Virus record (IMG/VR): IMGVR_UViG_3300040801_001572
Location: 32,001-96,000 of that record
Reading direction: 5' to 3' (one strand)
Origin: a virus
Length of the DNA stretch: 64,000 bases
Numbering within the stretch: the first letter of the stretch is position 1; each line of letters opens with the position of its first letter. Below the pieces are notes generated by a model. That model did no database searches. It saw nothing but the letters and a program-made list of their open reading frames with translations, and was not told the DNA's origin. Shown one piece after another: positions 42,921 through 51,605 of this stretch. Position numbers and translations under genes: made by a program.

Positions 42921-43110
42921 TCTCGGTGTTTCCCTTAGGTTCGTTGGTTTTGATGTGTCGTCTAAGACTGCCGTTTATTCTTTTTTCTTTGCGAAGCTTT
43001 TTCTTAAGCCTTGCAATTTCTTTGTTTTCGGGCTCGACAGTTGTTTTAGCAGCAGATGTAACACCCATGAGCTCGTCTAACTCTTTCTTCCAATCGTTGT
43101 GTGTTCTCAT
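42904..43110 (-). CDS. Hypothetical protein
   Basis: ORF track; coupled to neighbouring genes. Confidence 0.5.
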   Translation of the reverse strand: MRTHNDWKKELDELMGVTSAAKTTVEPENKEIARLKKKLRKEKRINGSLRRHIKTNEPKGNTENGFSL

Positions 43111-44294
43111 TCTGCACCATCTAGTTTCTTAGCAATACGACTTCTTTTTTCTTCGTTGTCTTTTATTTCTTGCTTCTTCTCAGCATTAAGATCTTCACGC
43201 TGAGGAATGACTTCACTGATAGATTGTTTTTCTCTCACTGTAGTACCGTCGTCTAACACAGTTTCGTTGATGTTGTCGATGTAAGTATCTAAGCGCCTAT
43301 TGTATGCAGTCCATACTTTTCTTAGATCATCTTCGATCCTTACATAACAATTGCCTTGCTTCTGGAACAAACGATCGGGTTCAAAATCTAGGCGCAGGAA
43401 GTATTCTCCGTCGTTCATATCTTCGGGGAACTGTGTACCCATTCCTACAAGCGGAGCACCATTAGGAGGTACGCCGTCGCCGCCAGCCCAATACTCTACA
43501 CAAGGGTAATCGTTCTCATCTAATGTTATCCAAAGATGCGCAGTCTCGAAATATTTAGGATCAAAACAAACATTATCTTCTGCTTCTTGGATAATTTCGT
43601 CTGTGATACCTAGTATCTTGCAATATCTATTCAGGCTGTCGATTAAATCTCTGTTGGTACCAAACCCAGGGTTTCCATCTGCATCTACTGTTTCCGAATA
43701 ACCCGGTGGCATAAGACCAGTGCCTTCACCTTCTGCACCAGCAGTATCGCCTGTTGCTGCTTTGTCGAGTATATCTTGAAACTCTGGCGCCGCAGGCATC
43801 TTCTTGGCTCTTACTTTCCAGAGATGCGGTCTCCAAGTGAACGAATATCCTGGTGCAGAAAATAGCGCATCTTGAACAACGTAGTAATCGTTTACCCATC
43901 CCCCTTCTAGAGTCACGTCTCTTTTGTTCGGTAGCTCAATAATATCTCCTGCCATGATCTTTCTGCCAAGCAAGCGAATCATATCATTGTAGTGGAATGT
44001 GAATCTCAGCGTATCACTTGAAAGGAATATACCAAATTGGGTAAGATCGTAATCTACGTCCTCTGGTGTGTAGAAACCTCGCACCTCGTACACAGTGTCG
44101 TCGTAGTTTCTATCTCTGTTTTCCAGGAACAGAAAGTCTTGTATATCGGTTACGTCTTCTTCGCCGCCTTCTACACCGATGTATTTGTGAAGTAATGTTC
44201 CTACACCGCCAATAAACAGATTTTCGCCCGATACCTGATCAGCGTATTCGTAATCTAATCCCTTGTGCGGGTTCCACATTGATATCTTCGGCAT
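43107..44294 (-). CDS. Neck protein (T4 gp14-like)
   Basis: LTQFGIFLSSD and GDIIELP motifs; upstream of gp15-like; GGAG SD before ATG 44294. Confidence 0.7.
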   Translation of the reverse strand: MPKISMWNPHKGLDYEYADQVSGENLFIGGVGTLLHKYIGVEGGEEDVTDIQDFLFLENRDRNYDDTVYEVRGFYTPEDVDYDLTQFGIFLSSDTLRFTFHYNDMIRLLGRKIMAGDIIELPNKRDVTLEGGWVNDYYVVQDALFSAPGYSFTWRPHLWKVRAKKMPAAPEFQDILDKAATGDTAGAEGEGTGLMPPGYSETVDADGNPGFGTNRDLIDSLNRYCKILGITDEIIQEAEDNVCFDPKYFETAHLWITLDENDYPCVEYWAGGDGVPPNGAPLVGMGTQFPEDMNDGEYFLRLDFEPDRLFQKQGNCYVRIEDDLRKVWTAYNRRLDTYIDNINETVLDDGTTVREKQSISEVIPQREDLNAEKKQEIKDNEEKRSRIAKKLDGAE

Positions 44295-44419
44295 AGGAGT
44301 CTCCTTTTTACTATTTATCTTATAAATTTCTAGAAAGTCTGTGCAGTGATAAATACATGAAACTTCCGTGACTAGCAGCAATTGCTAGACAGACAATAGT
44401 CTGACATAGGAGACACAGT

Positions 44420-45793
44420 GTGGCAGTAACAATAAATGCGAAGGGAACTTCTTCGCAGAACTTTAATATCGGTAAGCAGGGAAACGGAACAGCTACTCTT
44501 AGCACATCCGGCTCTAATGACCTGCAACTTTCACCAGGCGGATCGTTAATCTTAGATTATGTGTCTTTTCCTGCCGAAGATGGTCAGAACGGACAAGTTT
44601 TAACCACAGACGGTGCAGGTAACCTTACATGGGAATCAGTTGCCGCAGGCGGAGGACTTAATAATGTAGTCGAAGACACTTCTCCTCAGCTAGGTGGCAA
44701 TTTAGACGTAAATGGATTTGATATTGTTAGCGTCGGTGCCACTGACGTTGTTATAGAATCAGGATCGGGCAACATTGTGTTAGGTGCCACAGGAGCAGCA
44801 ACCCTTGCATCTGACCCGGGACAAGGTCTAGCTCTCGAATCAGGTTCGGGTGTAGTTTCGGTAGGTGTTTCGGGAACTGGCATAATTACTACCGACCCGG
44901 GCGAGGATCTGATAATTGCAGCAGGAAGTAATACACTGCAAATCGGAGACACAAGCACGGGCTCTACTGTAATTGCAACAGACTCGGGCGAGGACCTAGT
45001 GTTCGAGTCTAGTTCCGGAACGGTGTTCTTTGGCACTAGTGGCGCTAGCGAGATTACAACAGAGAATAACGAAGACCTTACTCTCAAAGCTGGCAGCGGG
45101 AATGTTATATTAGGCGAATCGGGTGCTGCAACCTTAGCAACCGATCCTGGTCAAGGACTTGCATTAGAAGCAGGCTCCGGCGTAGTAACAGTTGGTGTGT
45201 CAGGCACCGGAACTATCGGCACCGATGCAGGTGAAAACTTAGAATTGGTTCCAGGCAGCGCAATTGTTGCAGTAACAGGCGAACTAACTACAACTACTGG
45301 TTTGACAGCAGGCGACCTAACAGCAGAAGAAGTTGTATATGCAGGAACAGGCGGCAAACTGTCATCGGATGCAAACTTCACATACGACGGAACCGTATTA
45401 ACAGTCGGCACATTTAGCGGAGACGAACTACAGTTAGCAGGCACAGGTGGAAATAGATTTGTAGTTGACGGCAGCGCTAACCCAATCGCACCAGCATACA
45501 CTAATTTAAATTTTGACTACGACACAACAGCTAATACAGCATATTCGTTTAACACATACACCAGTGTTGTTAATTATCAGTATAATTTTGTCGATGGGTT
45601 TGTTTATACTAACAGGAACGACACAGCGAATGCTCCGGCACCTACTAATAATGTGTTAACGTCGAAAGCATATGTTGACGGACAAATATCAGGACTGCAA
45701 TCGCAAATTGATACCATTAACACAACACTGTCTTCTCTGCAGAGCCAGATTGACGCACTTGATGTCAGAGTCGATGCCCTAGAGAATCCGTAA
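44420..45793 (+). CDS. Fibre-like structural protein, paralogous to 37821-40514
   Basis: Shares DTSPQLGGNLDVNG and GQVLTTDGAG; C-terminal coiled coil. Confidence 0.65.
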   Translation: MAVTINAKGTSSQNFNIGKQGNGTATLSTSGSNDLQLSPGGSLILDYVSFPAEDGQNGQVLTTDGAGNLTWESVAAGGGLNNVVEDTSPQLGGNLDVNGFDIVSVGATDVVIESGSGNIVLGATGAATLASDPGQGLALESGSGVVSVGVSGTGIITTDPGEDLIIAAGSNTLQIGDTSTGSTVIATDSGEDLVFESSSGTVFFGTSGASEITTENNEDLTLKAGSGNVILGESGAATLATDPGQGLALEAGSGVVTVGVSGTGTIGTDAGENLELVPGSAIVAVTGELTTTTGLTAGDLTAEEVVYAGTGGKLSSDANFTYDGTVLTVGTFSGDELQLAGTGGNRFVVDGSANPIAPAYTNLNFDYDTTANTAYSFNTYTSVVNYQYNFVDGFVYTNRNDTANAPAPTNNVLTSKAYVDGQISGLQSQIDTINTTLSSLQSQIDALDVRVDALENP

Positions 45794-45828
45794 TTGACAA
45801 CAAACAGTCTTGGTCGTAATGTATAAGG

Positions 45829-46212
45829 ATGAATAGACGTCTCGACCAAGGCATAGTTAGTGCTATAGAAGTTTTCTTTATGTACGGCATCGATCCGGGA
45901 TCGTGCACCAGTCTTTTGCTACAAGGCAAATACGACGAAGCAGTAAATCACGCACATTCTTTTTATCGTGCAGGAATGACTGAAGAGTGGTCGAGCTTGC
46001 TTTGGTTCATCGATACTTGCGTACCCCATTGCTGCAAAGGGGCGAATTACAATACGTGGCGAGGCTGGATCGACGAAAGCAAAGAGAATCCAGAACTACT
46101 CACATATATAAAGCTTACGCTAACTGACGATACTAATTTGATGCTATGGTTAGCACAGCACGAAGCACTGTGCTTGATAGGAATAGAAGATGGCAAACCA
46201 GTTGTTCGATGA
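45829..46212 (+). CDS. Hypothetical early protein
   Basis: TTGACA-17-TAATGT at 45794-45822, ending 6 nt before the ATG. Confidence 0.6.
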   Translation: MNRRLDQGIVSAIEVFFMYGIDPGSCTSLLLQGKYDEAVNHAHSFYRAGMTEEWSSLLWFIDTCVPHCCKGANYNTWRGWIDESKENPELLTYIKLTLTDDTNLMLWLAQHEALCLIGIEDGKPVVR

Positions 46213-46591
46213 TAGCATGACACGTTGGGCGGAAGCTGCAAAACAGTTCCGCGCAGATTTACATGAGATCACTTATTTCTCTAGAGACAGAAGAAATCGA
46301 TATCAGGAAATTTACGCCAGTCACGGTGGCGATCGAAACATATACGTATACCTCAATATGTTCACACACGAAATACTTCGTATTGTGATCTCGTGCGATT
46401 ATTCTGCTGACTCGCACCAGAATCAAACCGAATCAGTTGACATTTTAACTAACGATGCTAACTTAAAACTTCAGATCGAGAGTTTAGACTCGGTCAGAGA
46501 AATGCGTGAATCGATGTCAGTATGTCGCAAACTTGCATACGAAGACACAGTTTACGCTACATTAAAGTATGGAAAATTGAAACCTTTCTAA
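46190..46591 (+). CDS. Hypothetical protein
   Basis: ORF track. Confidence 0.6.
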   Translation: MANQLFDDSMTRWAEAAKQFRADLHEITYFSRDRRNRYQEIYASHGGDRNIYVYLNMFTHEILRIVISCDYSADSHQNQTESVDILTNDANLKLQIESLDSVREMRESMSVCRKLAYEDTVYATLKYGKLKPF

Positions 46592-46634
46592 AGAAGGAGT
46601 CGAACATGAATTAACATGTTGTTATAATTTTCAA

Positions 46635-47110
46635 CTATACTTAAGAATGCTCGGGTACGAGCTGCCTCTAGTTGGAAGGAATGTCCGCCACCAATTATGT
46701 AAAATATTCGACAACAGACCCTGGGACATAAAGGCTGTTGTGGGTTGATCACAAACCTAACCGAAATTTGTGTGCCTCTTGTTCAGCCTTACATGAATAA
46801 TGCAAACTAGTCAACGATGGTAGTACCCGCTGCTTTAGTAAGGATAGGCAGCGACATTTAAGTGAAACTGTGCGGCATTGGAGCCGCGTCGACAAGGGAG
46901 AGTTTACTCCCAGTACAAGATAGCACAGACGCTGTGAGCGGAAATACGTCAGAGACTGCCAAATCGCAGTGACCAATTTTTCTGCAAGATGGTGCTCGCA
47001 GAAGAGCAATCAGCTGAATCCCCTGAGTGGACAAGTCGATGGCGATGACCTTGTGCAAAGACGGACAGTGGGCGGGGTAGAGTCCGCCCTCACTTAATTA
47101 CTCACTTTTT
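46635..47110 (+). ncRNA. Candidate ~470-nt structured ncRNA of unknown family
   Basis: Extended -10 TGnTATAAT at 46620-46628; nested helices; terminal GC-rich hairpin and T run; no credible ORF. Confidence 0.55.
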
Positions 47111-47122
47111 TATAAAAAGCAG

Positions 47123-47150
47123 TTGACAGAACATAAATAAACTTTATACT
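47123..47150 (+). promoter_or_regulatory. sigma70 promoter P1 of the tRNA array
   Basis: TTGACA-16-TATACT. Confidence 0.7.
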
Positions 47151-47216
47151 GCACCGCATTGTTTAGCGATTTTGGCATTGAAGGCCAAAAACTGCAAAAA
47201 AACCTGTTAAAAGAGG

Positions 47217-47245
47217 TTGACTTTTGTTTGGAAGCTAAATATAAT
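47217..47245 (+). promoter_or_regulatory. sigma70 promoter P2 of the tRNA array, with overlapping late TAAATA
   Basis: TTGACT-17-TATAAT. Confidence 0.8.
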
Positions 47246-47293
47246 TGCGGAACAGTTAACGAGTTCCACTGCGTTGGGCTCTAATTAAAGGAA

Positions 47294-47458
47294 ATGGTAA
47301 GACAAATGTTTACGATATTACACGACAAGCAACTCGGACATCGCTGGCAAGCGACCGCATCCGTGTTGGCGTGTGGATCAGAACTGAGTCTGATGGAACC
47401 TGGCTTTAATTATGATCCGATTAGCGCAGCTTCTTTAGGGGAGGAAGAGCTTTACTAG
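47294..47458 (+). CDS. Putative attenuator leader peptide MVRQMFTILHDKQLGHRWQATASVLACGSELSLMEPGFNYDPISAASLGEEELY
   Basis: AAGGA upstream; in-frame ATGs at 47294 and 47306; all 20 amino acids; overlaps the antiterminator strand. Confidence 0.65.
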   Translation: MVRQMFTILHDKQLGHRWQATASVLACGSELSLMEPGFNYDPISAASLGEEELY

Positions 47459-47491
47459 AATGACTTAGTGAACTCAAGCAAGAACCTAAAG

Positions 47492-47517
47492 AAGCAGCTC
47501 AAGAAGCTGCTTTTTTT
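47492..47517 (+). terminator. Conditional intrinsic terminator (attenuator)
   Basis: AAGCAGCT-CAAGA-AGCTGCTT plus T run; both strands are complementary to 47426-47439. Confidence 0.8.
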
Positions 47518-47801
47518 ATGGCTAAAGTTTTGTAAGGCAGCTTGGATAGAAAACTTTAGCCCGTGTAGACACCAACTACGCGGTGATGGTAAGGACGGCT
47601 TAGTATGAAAGCGCAGAGGTTGAAATCCCTCCCGACTCATACTTTGGCAACCCCGGCTAGTGCGGTAGCTAGTTCGGTCCAGGTACCCCGGAACTCTATT
47701 CGTGAGGACGAATTTTGCGGGATAGAATTTGTCCTTGATTTTTCGGTGGGCGAAAGGAAATAGGTCCGAGTAGCCCACTTTTAATATTAAGTGCTTTTTG
47801 T

Positions 47802-47890
47802 GGTGGCTGTGACGAAATTGGTAGCCGTGCAAGGTTGTGACCCTTGTGTCTGTAATGGACGTGGGAGTTCGAGTCTCCTCAGTCACCCCA
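47802..47890 (+). tRNA. tRNA-His(GTG) with G-1:C73 and an unusual long variable arm
   Basis: Cloverleaf; CAAGG-TTGTGAC-CCTTG; encoded CCA. Confidence 0.9.
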
Positions 47891-47965
47891 AAGAGCATTT
47901 GTAATACCCCAAGAACTATGTGACCTCAACCTTGGCATATAAATGAATCACATAGGAGAAATGTT

Positions 47966-48343
47966 ATGATTTACGTAGAAGACTTTCAGTCTTGGGAAGA
48001 TGTTGAGCAGTGCTTCAACATGAAAGAGGATAATGCAATTCCGTTATACGCTGAGTATACCTACGAGAACTACGATGGCTCTGCTTTCGTGTTGTATGTT
48101 GATCGTCGTGATATGCAGTTGTATGCGGTATACGGAGGACACTGTTCTTGCTACGGCTTAGAAGACCAGTGGGATCCTGAGCATATTCCTTGGAATGTAT
48201 CTGCAGAGATGGTAGGTAAAACTGCTAGCTTAGGTGGATACGAACAGGTTGTTCTTGACATGATAAACTCAATCGTGGGCTCCGGTTCCGAAGAGGACAT
48301 CATGCAAGGATTAACTGTGTTCAAACTAAAGCACTCAGTGTAG
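47966..48343 (+). CDS. Hypothetical protein (HCSCYGLE motif)
   Basis: GGAG SD. Confidence 0.65.
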   Translation: MIYVEDFQSWEDVEQCFNMKEDNAIPLYAEYTYENYDGSAFVLYVDRRDMQLYAVYGGHCSCYGLEDQWDPEHIPWNVSAEMVGKTASLGGYEQVVLDMINSIVGSGSEEDIMQGLTVFKLKHSV

Positions 48344-48359
48344 GAAACTACACTGTTTT

Positions 48360-48434
48360 CTCCCGGTCGATTATTGGTTAAATCATCTGCCTTTCAAGCA
48401 GAAGCACGGAGTTCGATCCTCCGTCGGGAGACCA
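48360..48434 (+). tRNA. tRNA-Glu(TTC)
   Basis: TCTGC-CTTTCAA-GCAGA; CCA. Confidence 0.88.
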
Positions 48435-48437
48435 AAT

Positions 48438-48580
48438 TAGGTAGTATGCTACGAACCTCACATGGAGGAGACGCGGATCTACCGAGTCGTTAGAATAGAT
48501 GATTAGCATGAACCTTGCTCGACCATCTAATAGTTCTAGACTATTAGACTCAAGCGACTGGATTGCTAGTGTACTACCTA
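48438..48580 (+). ncRNA. Candidate ~145-nt rod-shaped RNA between two tRNA-Glu genes
   Basis: 14-bp closing helix TAGGTAGTATGCTA/TAGTGTACTACCTA plus inner helices. Confidence 0.45.
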
Positions 48581-48595
48581 GCGGCGGGCTTATAT

Positions 48596-48683
48596 GTCGT
48601 AGTGGACGAATGGTAGAGTCGCCGGGCTTTCACCCCGGAGTTGCGTATGCATGTTGCGAGTTCGAGTCTCATCTACGATTCCA
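48596..48683 (+). tRNA. tRNA-Glu(TTC) with long variable arm and U73
   Basis: CCGGG-CTTTCAC-CCCGG; CCA. Confidence 0.8.
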
Positions 48684-48705
48684 AACAAGTTTTATAAATA
48701 GGTGT

Positions 48706-49365
48706 ATGATCTACATTGTTTATAAAACAACAAATACTGCTAACGGAAAAGAATACATCGGATGCCATAAAACAAAAGACATTGACGATGGCTATTTAGG
48801 GTCCGGAAGATTGCTTCGAGAAGCAATAGTTAAATACGGCATAGATTCTTTTCGTAGAGAGATTATTGCTATATTAGATAGCGAAAAAGAAATGTTTGCG
48901 TTAGAAGCAAGTATTGTTGATCGAAATTACGTCGATAGAAACGATACATATAATTTAACATTAGGTGGCCATGGAGGATTCTCTCATATATCGAAAGAAT
49001 CTATGTTAGAGAGAAACTTGCAAATTAATTCACATCGTGATTACGAGTGTGAACTTTACAAAGAAAATTTAAAAGCATCTCTTGCTACTGTAGACTACAG
49101 CGAAAGAAATAAGCGAAGAAGAGAAACGTTAGTTAATCGATATGGCTGCGTTCCTTCTTCGTTTAAAGGCAGAGAGCATACTGATGAATCAAAGAAGAAA
49201 ATTGGTTCGGCAAATTCAAAACACCAGCAAGGCACCGGCAACAGCCAATACGGAACTTGTTGGATATACAATTTGCATCTAAAGAAGAATCAGAAAATTC
49301 CTAAATGCGATCTTGATGCGTGGCTAGATAAAGGCTGGCACAAAGGTCGTAAGCTAAAATTTTAG
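48706..49365 (+). mobile_element. GIY-YIG (Seg-like) homing endonuclease
   Basis: IVYKTTN...EYIG and YLGSG motifs; TATAAATA + 5 nt + ATG. Confidence 0.87.
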
Positions 49366-49436
49366 GGGGTGCCATATGGGATGGACTTTGCACTTGCACT
49401 GCGAATGGCGGGGATCGTTACCCCGTTCCTCCACCA
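49365..49436 (+). tRNA. tRNA-Ala(TGC) with degenerate D arm
   Basis: G3:U70; TTGCA-CTTGCAC-TGCGA; CCA. Confidence 0.75.
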
Positions 49437-49442
49437 AATTAT

Positions 49443-49519
49443 GCCGATGACGCGTCCTGGGGGACCAACACGACTGTCTATCGTGTGCATGGCGGGTTCG
49501 ATTCCCGTCTTCGGCGCCA
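49443..49519 (+). tRNA. tRNA-Asp(GTC)
   Basis: CACGA-CTGTCTA-TCGTG; G73; CCA. Confidence 0.85.
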
Positions 49520-49589
49520 AACATGATATGTACTTTTCCGTTAGTCAGCTACTCCAGTAGCCGAGAAAATGCCTCTATCAACTTTTTAT

Positions 49590-49677
49590 GCCCCGGTAGG
49601 CGAATTGGTATAGCCAGCAGGCTGAGAACTTGCGTCCCTCTGTAGACTTGTCGGTTCGAGTCCGACTCGGGGCACCA
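49590..49677 (+). tRNA. tRNA-Leu(GAG)
   Basis: GCAGG-CTGAGAA-CTTGC; long variable arm; CCA. Confidence 0.9.
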
Positions 49678-49730
49678 TCTTCATACTAGTTTATTGTGCT
49701 GTACGAAAACTAGTTTATTGTGTTAAAAAT

Positions 49731-49806
49731 GTGTGCGTGACAGAATGGCTAATGTAGCGGATTGCAACCCCGTTTTTTGCTGGTTCGATTCCAGTCGCAC
49801 ACTCCA
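49731..49806 (+). tRNA. tRNA-Cys(GCA)
   Basis: Loop TTGCAAC; U73; CCA. Confidence 0.88.
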
Positions 49807-49814
49807 AATTCCAT

Positions 49815-49888
49815 GCCCGGTTAGTTTAATGGAAAAACATCTGTGTTACATACAGAAGACGTTGGCTCGATTCCAGCACTGGGTACCA
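49815..49888 (+). tRNA. tRNA-Val(TAC)
   Basis: TCTGT-GTTACAT-ACAGA; CCA. Confidence 0.85.
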
Positions 49889-49894
49889 AACAAT

Positions 49895-49972
49895 GGGGGG
49901 TGAGCTAGTCTGGTGATTCAGCGTCCGCCTGAAGAGCGGAAGAACTTGGTTCGATTCCAAGACCCTTCACCA
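49895..49972 (+). tRNA. tRNA-Phe(GAA)
   Basis: TCCGC-CTGAAGA-GCGGA; CCA. Confidence 0.9.
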
Positions 49973-50016
49973 AATATAGATATTTCCGACTAAATACAAA
50001 TTTAGGAGGAGATATC

Positions 50017-50385
50017 ATGGCAGTAAATCAAATACCGAGCAAACATGCTTTTGCTTTTACAGTAACTGACACCGCTGGTGTAGAACATAAACTTTGGTGG
50101 GATCTAGTGCAAAGTGTATATTTTGCATGGGAAACCGGAGTGTTCCTTATACACCTAGACGACGGTGTTTACAAGCGTATCGCCGCGGCCGACCTGTACC
50201 CAGAATCACAAGCTCCAGAAGGGCGATATGTGAAATTGGTAAACGATTGTCGTAGTACGTTTAATGAAAAGATTTCTAGCATGTTTCTTACTGCAGAGTT
50301 AGGTGAACACCCAGTCGATGACGAAGCATTTGATGCACTAGTCACCGGACTAGTGTGGGATCCTGAAGCACAACAGTTCAAATAA
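50017..50385 (+). CDS. Hypothetical late protein
   Basis: AGGAGG SD inside a hairpin that also contains TAAATA. Confidence 0.7.
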   Translation: MAVNQIPSKHAFAFTVTDTAGVEHKLWWDLVQSVYFAWETGVFLIHLDDGVYKRIAAADLYPESQAPEGRYVKLVNDCRSTFNEKISSMFLTAELGEHPVDDEAFDALVTGLVWDPEAQQFK

Positions 50386-50386
50386 C

Positions 50387-50470
50387 GCGGGCTGCAGGCT
50401 AACTGGCGTAGCCGACGGGCTTCCACCCCGTTCCGAAAGGTTCAGAGTTCGATTCTCTCAGTCCGCTCCA
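50387..50470 (+). tRNA. tRNA-Gly(TCC) with 8/4 fold and a short variable-arm hairpin
   Basis: GCGGGCTG/CAGTCCGC acceptor; 4-bp T stem; U73; CCA. Confidence 0.82.
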
Positions 50471-50476
50471 ATTTTT

Positions 50477-50550
50477 GCGTGTGTAGTATAATGGTATTAT
50501 GCTAGGTTGCCAGCTTAGTGATGCAGGTTCGATTCCTGTCACCCGCACCA
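50477..50550 (+). tRNA. tRNA-Gly(GCC)
   Basis: CTAGG-TTGCCAG-CTTAG; CCA. Confidence 0.88.
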
Positions 50551-50556
50551 AACAAT

Positions 50557-50627
50557 GGGTCGTTGCTCTGGGAGCAAATTGGATTCCAAACCCAATGAGG
50601 AGGGTTCGAAACCTTCACGGCCTGCCA
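50557..50627 (+). tRNA. tRNA-Trp(CCA) with short D arm
   Basis: Loop TTCCAAA; G73; CCA. Confidence 0.8.
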
Positions 50628-50689
50628 ATCATGCACATATAAGTCGGTAGGTACGTTGATCCTGACTATATCACTGTGCACTAAATAAT

Positions 50690-50742
50690 GCCCCGGTAGT
50701 GTAATGGCCATCACGCTTGACTGTCTATCAGGAAACCGGAGT
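50690..50742 (+). pseudogene. 3'-truncated tRNA-Asp(GTC)
   Basis: 5' acceptor strand, D arm and CTTGA-CTGTCTA-TCAGG present; breaks at the T loop where the HNH promoter begins. Confidence 0.75.
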
Positions 50743-50758
50743 AAAGATAAATAGTATT

Positions 50759-51466
50759 ATGAATTATACAAGAATTTATAATGCTATTATTTCGAGAGCA
50801 AAAATGCGTCCGGTTTTAGAAGGATACGCCGAAAGGCACCACATAATTCCTAGATCATTAGGCGGCACAGACGATTTAGATAATCTAGTTATGTTAACAG
50901 CCAAGGAGCATTTTATATGCCACCTGCTTTTAGCTAAGATGTACGAGAAAAATTCTGTGGAATGGCAAAAGATGACCAAGGCATTGATGATGATGCGAGC
51001 GTCTGGTAATGCACATGACAGATATACGTCGGCAACATACGAGTATTTTAAAGAGGCGTTTTCCGAAGCACAGAGTTATGCACAACGAGGCAGTCGAAAT
51101 AGTAGTTATGGAACTCGATGGATTCACAGTTTAGAATTTAAGCAATCTAAAAAAATCTGTAAAAAGGCACCTTTGCCTGATGGCTGGAACGAAGGCAGAA
51201 TTATTGACTTTGAAAAACATGCCTCTGCTATGATGAAGAAAAAGTTATTAGAAGATCAACAAGCAGAATGGGTTGCCAGGTTAGGCATAATATTAGAATA
51301 TTATAGAGATAACGATATTTCCATCAGGGCGTTGTCGAAAAAGTTTAATGTAAACGGTAACATTTATAAGCAGTTTGAAAAATATTACCCAGAAGAATAT
51401 CGAGATATTGTGATGGATAAGCCTCGCAATAGCAACAAAGGAAAAGGTAGATATATGCCTGCGTAG
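50759..51466 (+). mobile_element. HNH homing endonuclease
   Basis: ERHHIIPRSLGGTDDLDNLVMLTAKEHFICH; TAAATA + 5 nt + ATG. Confidence 0.87.
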
Positions 51467-51532
51467 CTCAATCGGGAGAGCACCGGCCTGTCACGTCGGA
51501 GGTAGTGAGATCGAAACTCATCGCAGGCGCCA
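51457..51532 (+). tRNA. tRNA-Asp(GTC)
   Basis: CCGGC-CTGTCAC-GTCGG; G73; CCA. Confidence 0.9.
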
Positions 51533-51605
51533 AATTACTTAAACGGAGAATGTATGTTCAACACTAGTTAAGCACTTCTTATTCATGGAATAAGGAGGTG
51601 CTATT

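Noticed and set aside
46635-47100. tmRNA or group I intron
   Set aside because: The AATAAT-GCA-AAC resume-like motif is followed at once by TAG and there are no Ala acceptor ends. CAGAGACT resembles a group I R element, but there is no matching P7 partner or interrupted gene.
49685-49722. 14-bp direct repeat ACTAGTTTATTGTG as CRISPR or att site
   Set aside because: Only two copies about 10 nt apart; no cas or integrase gene.
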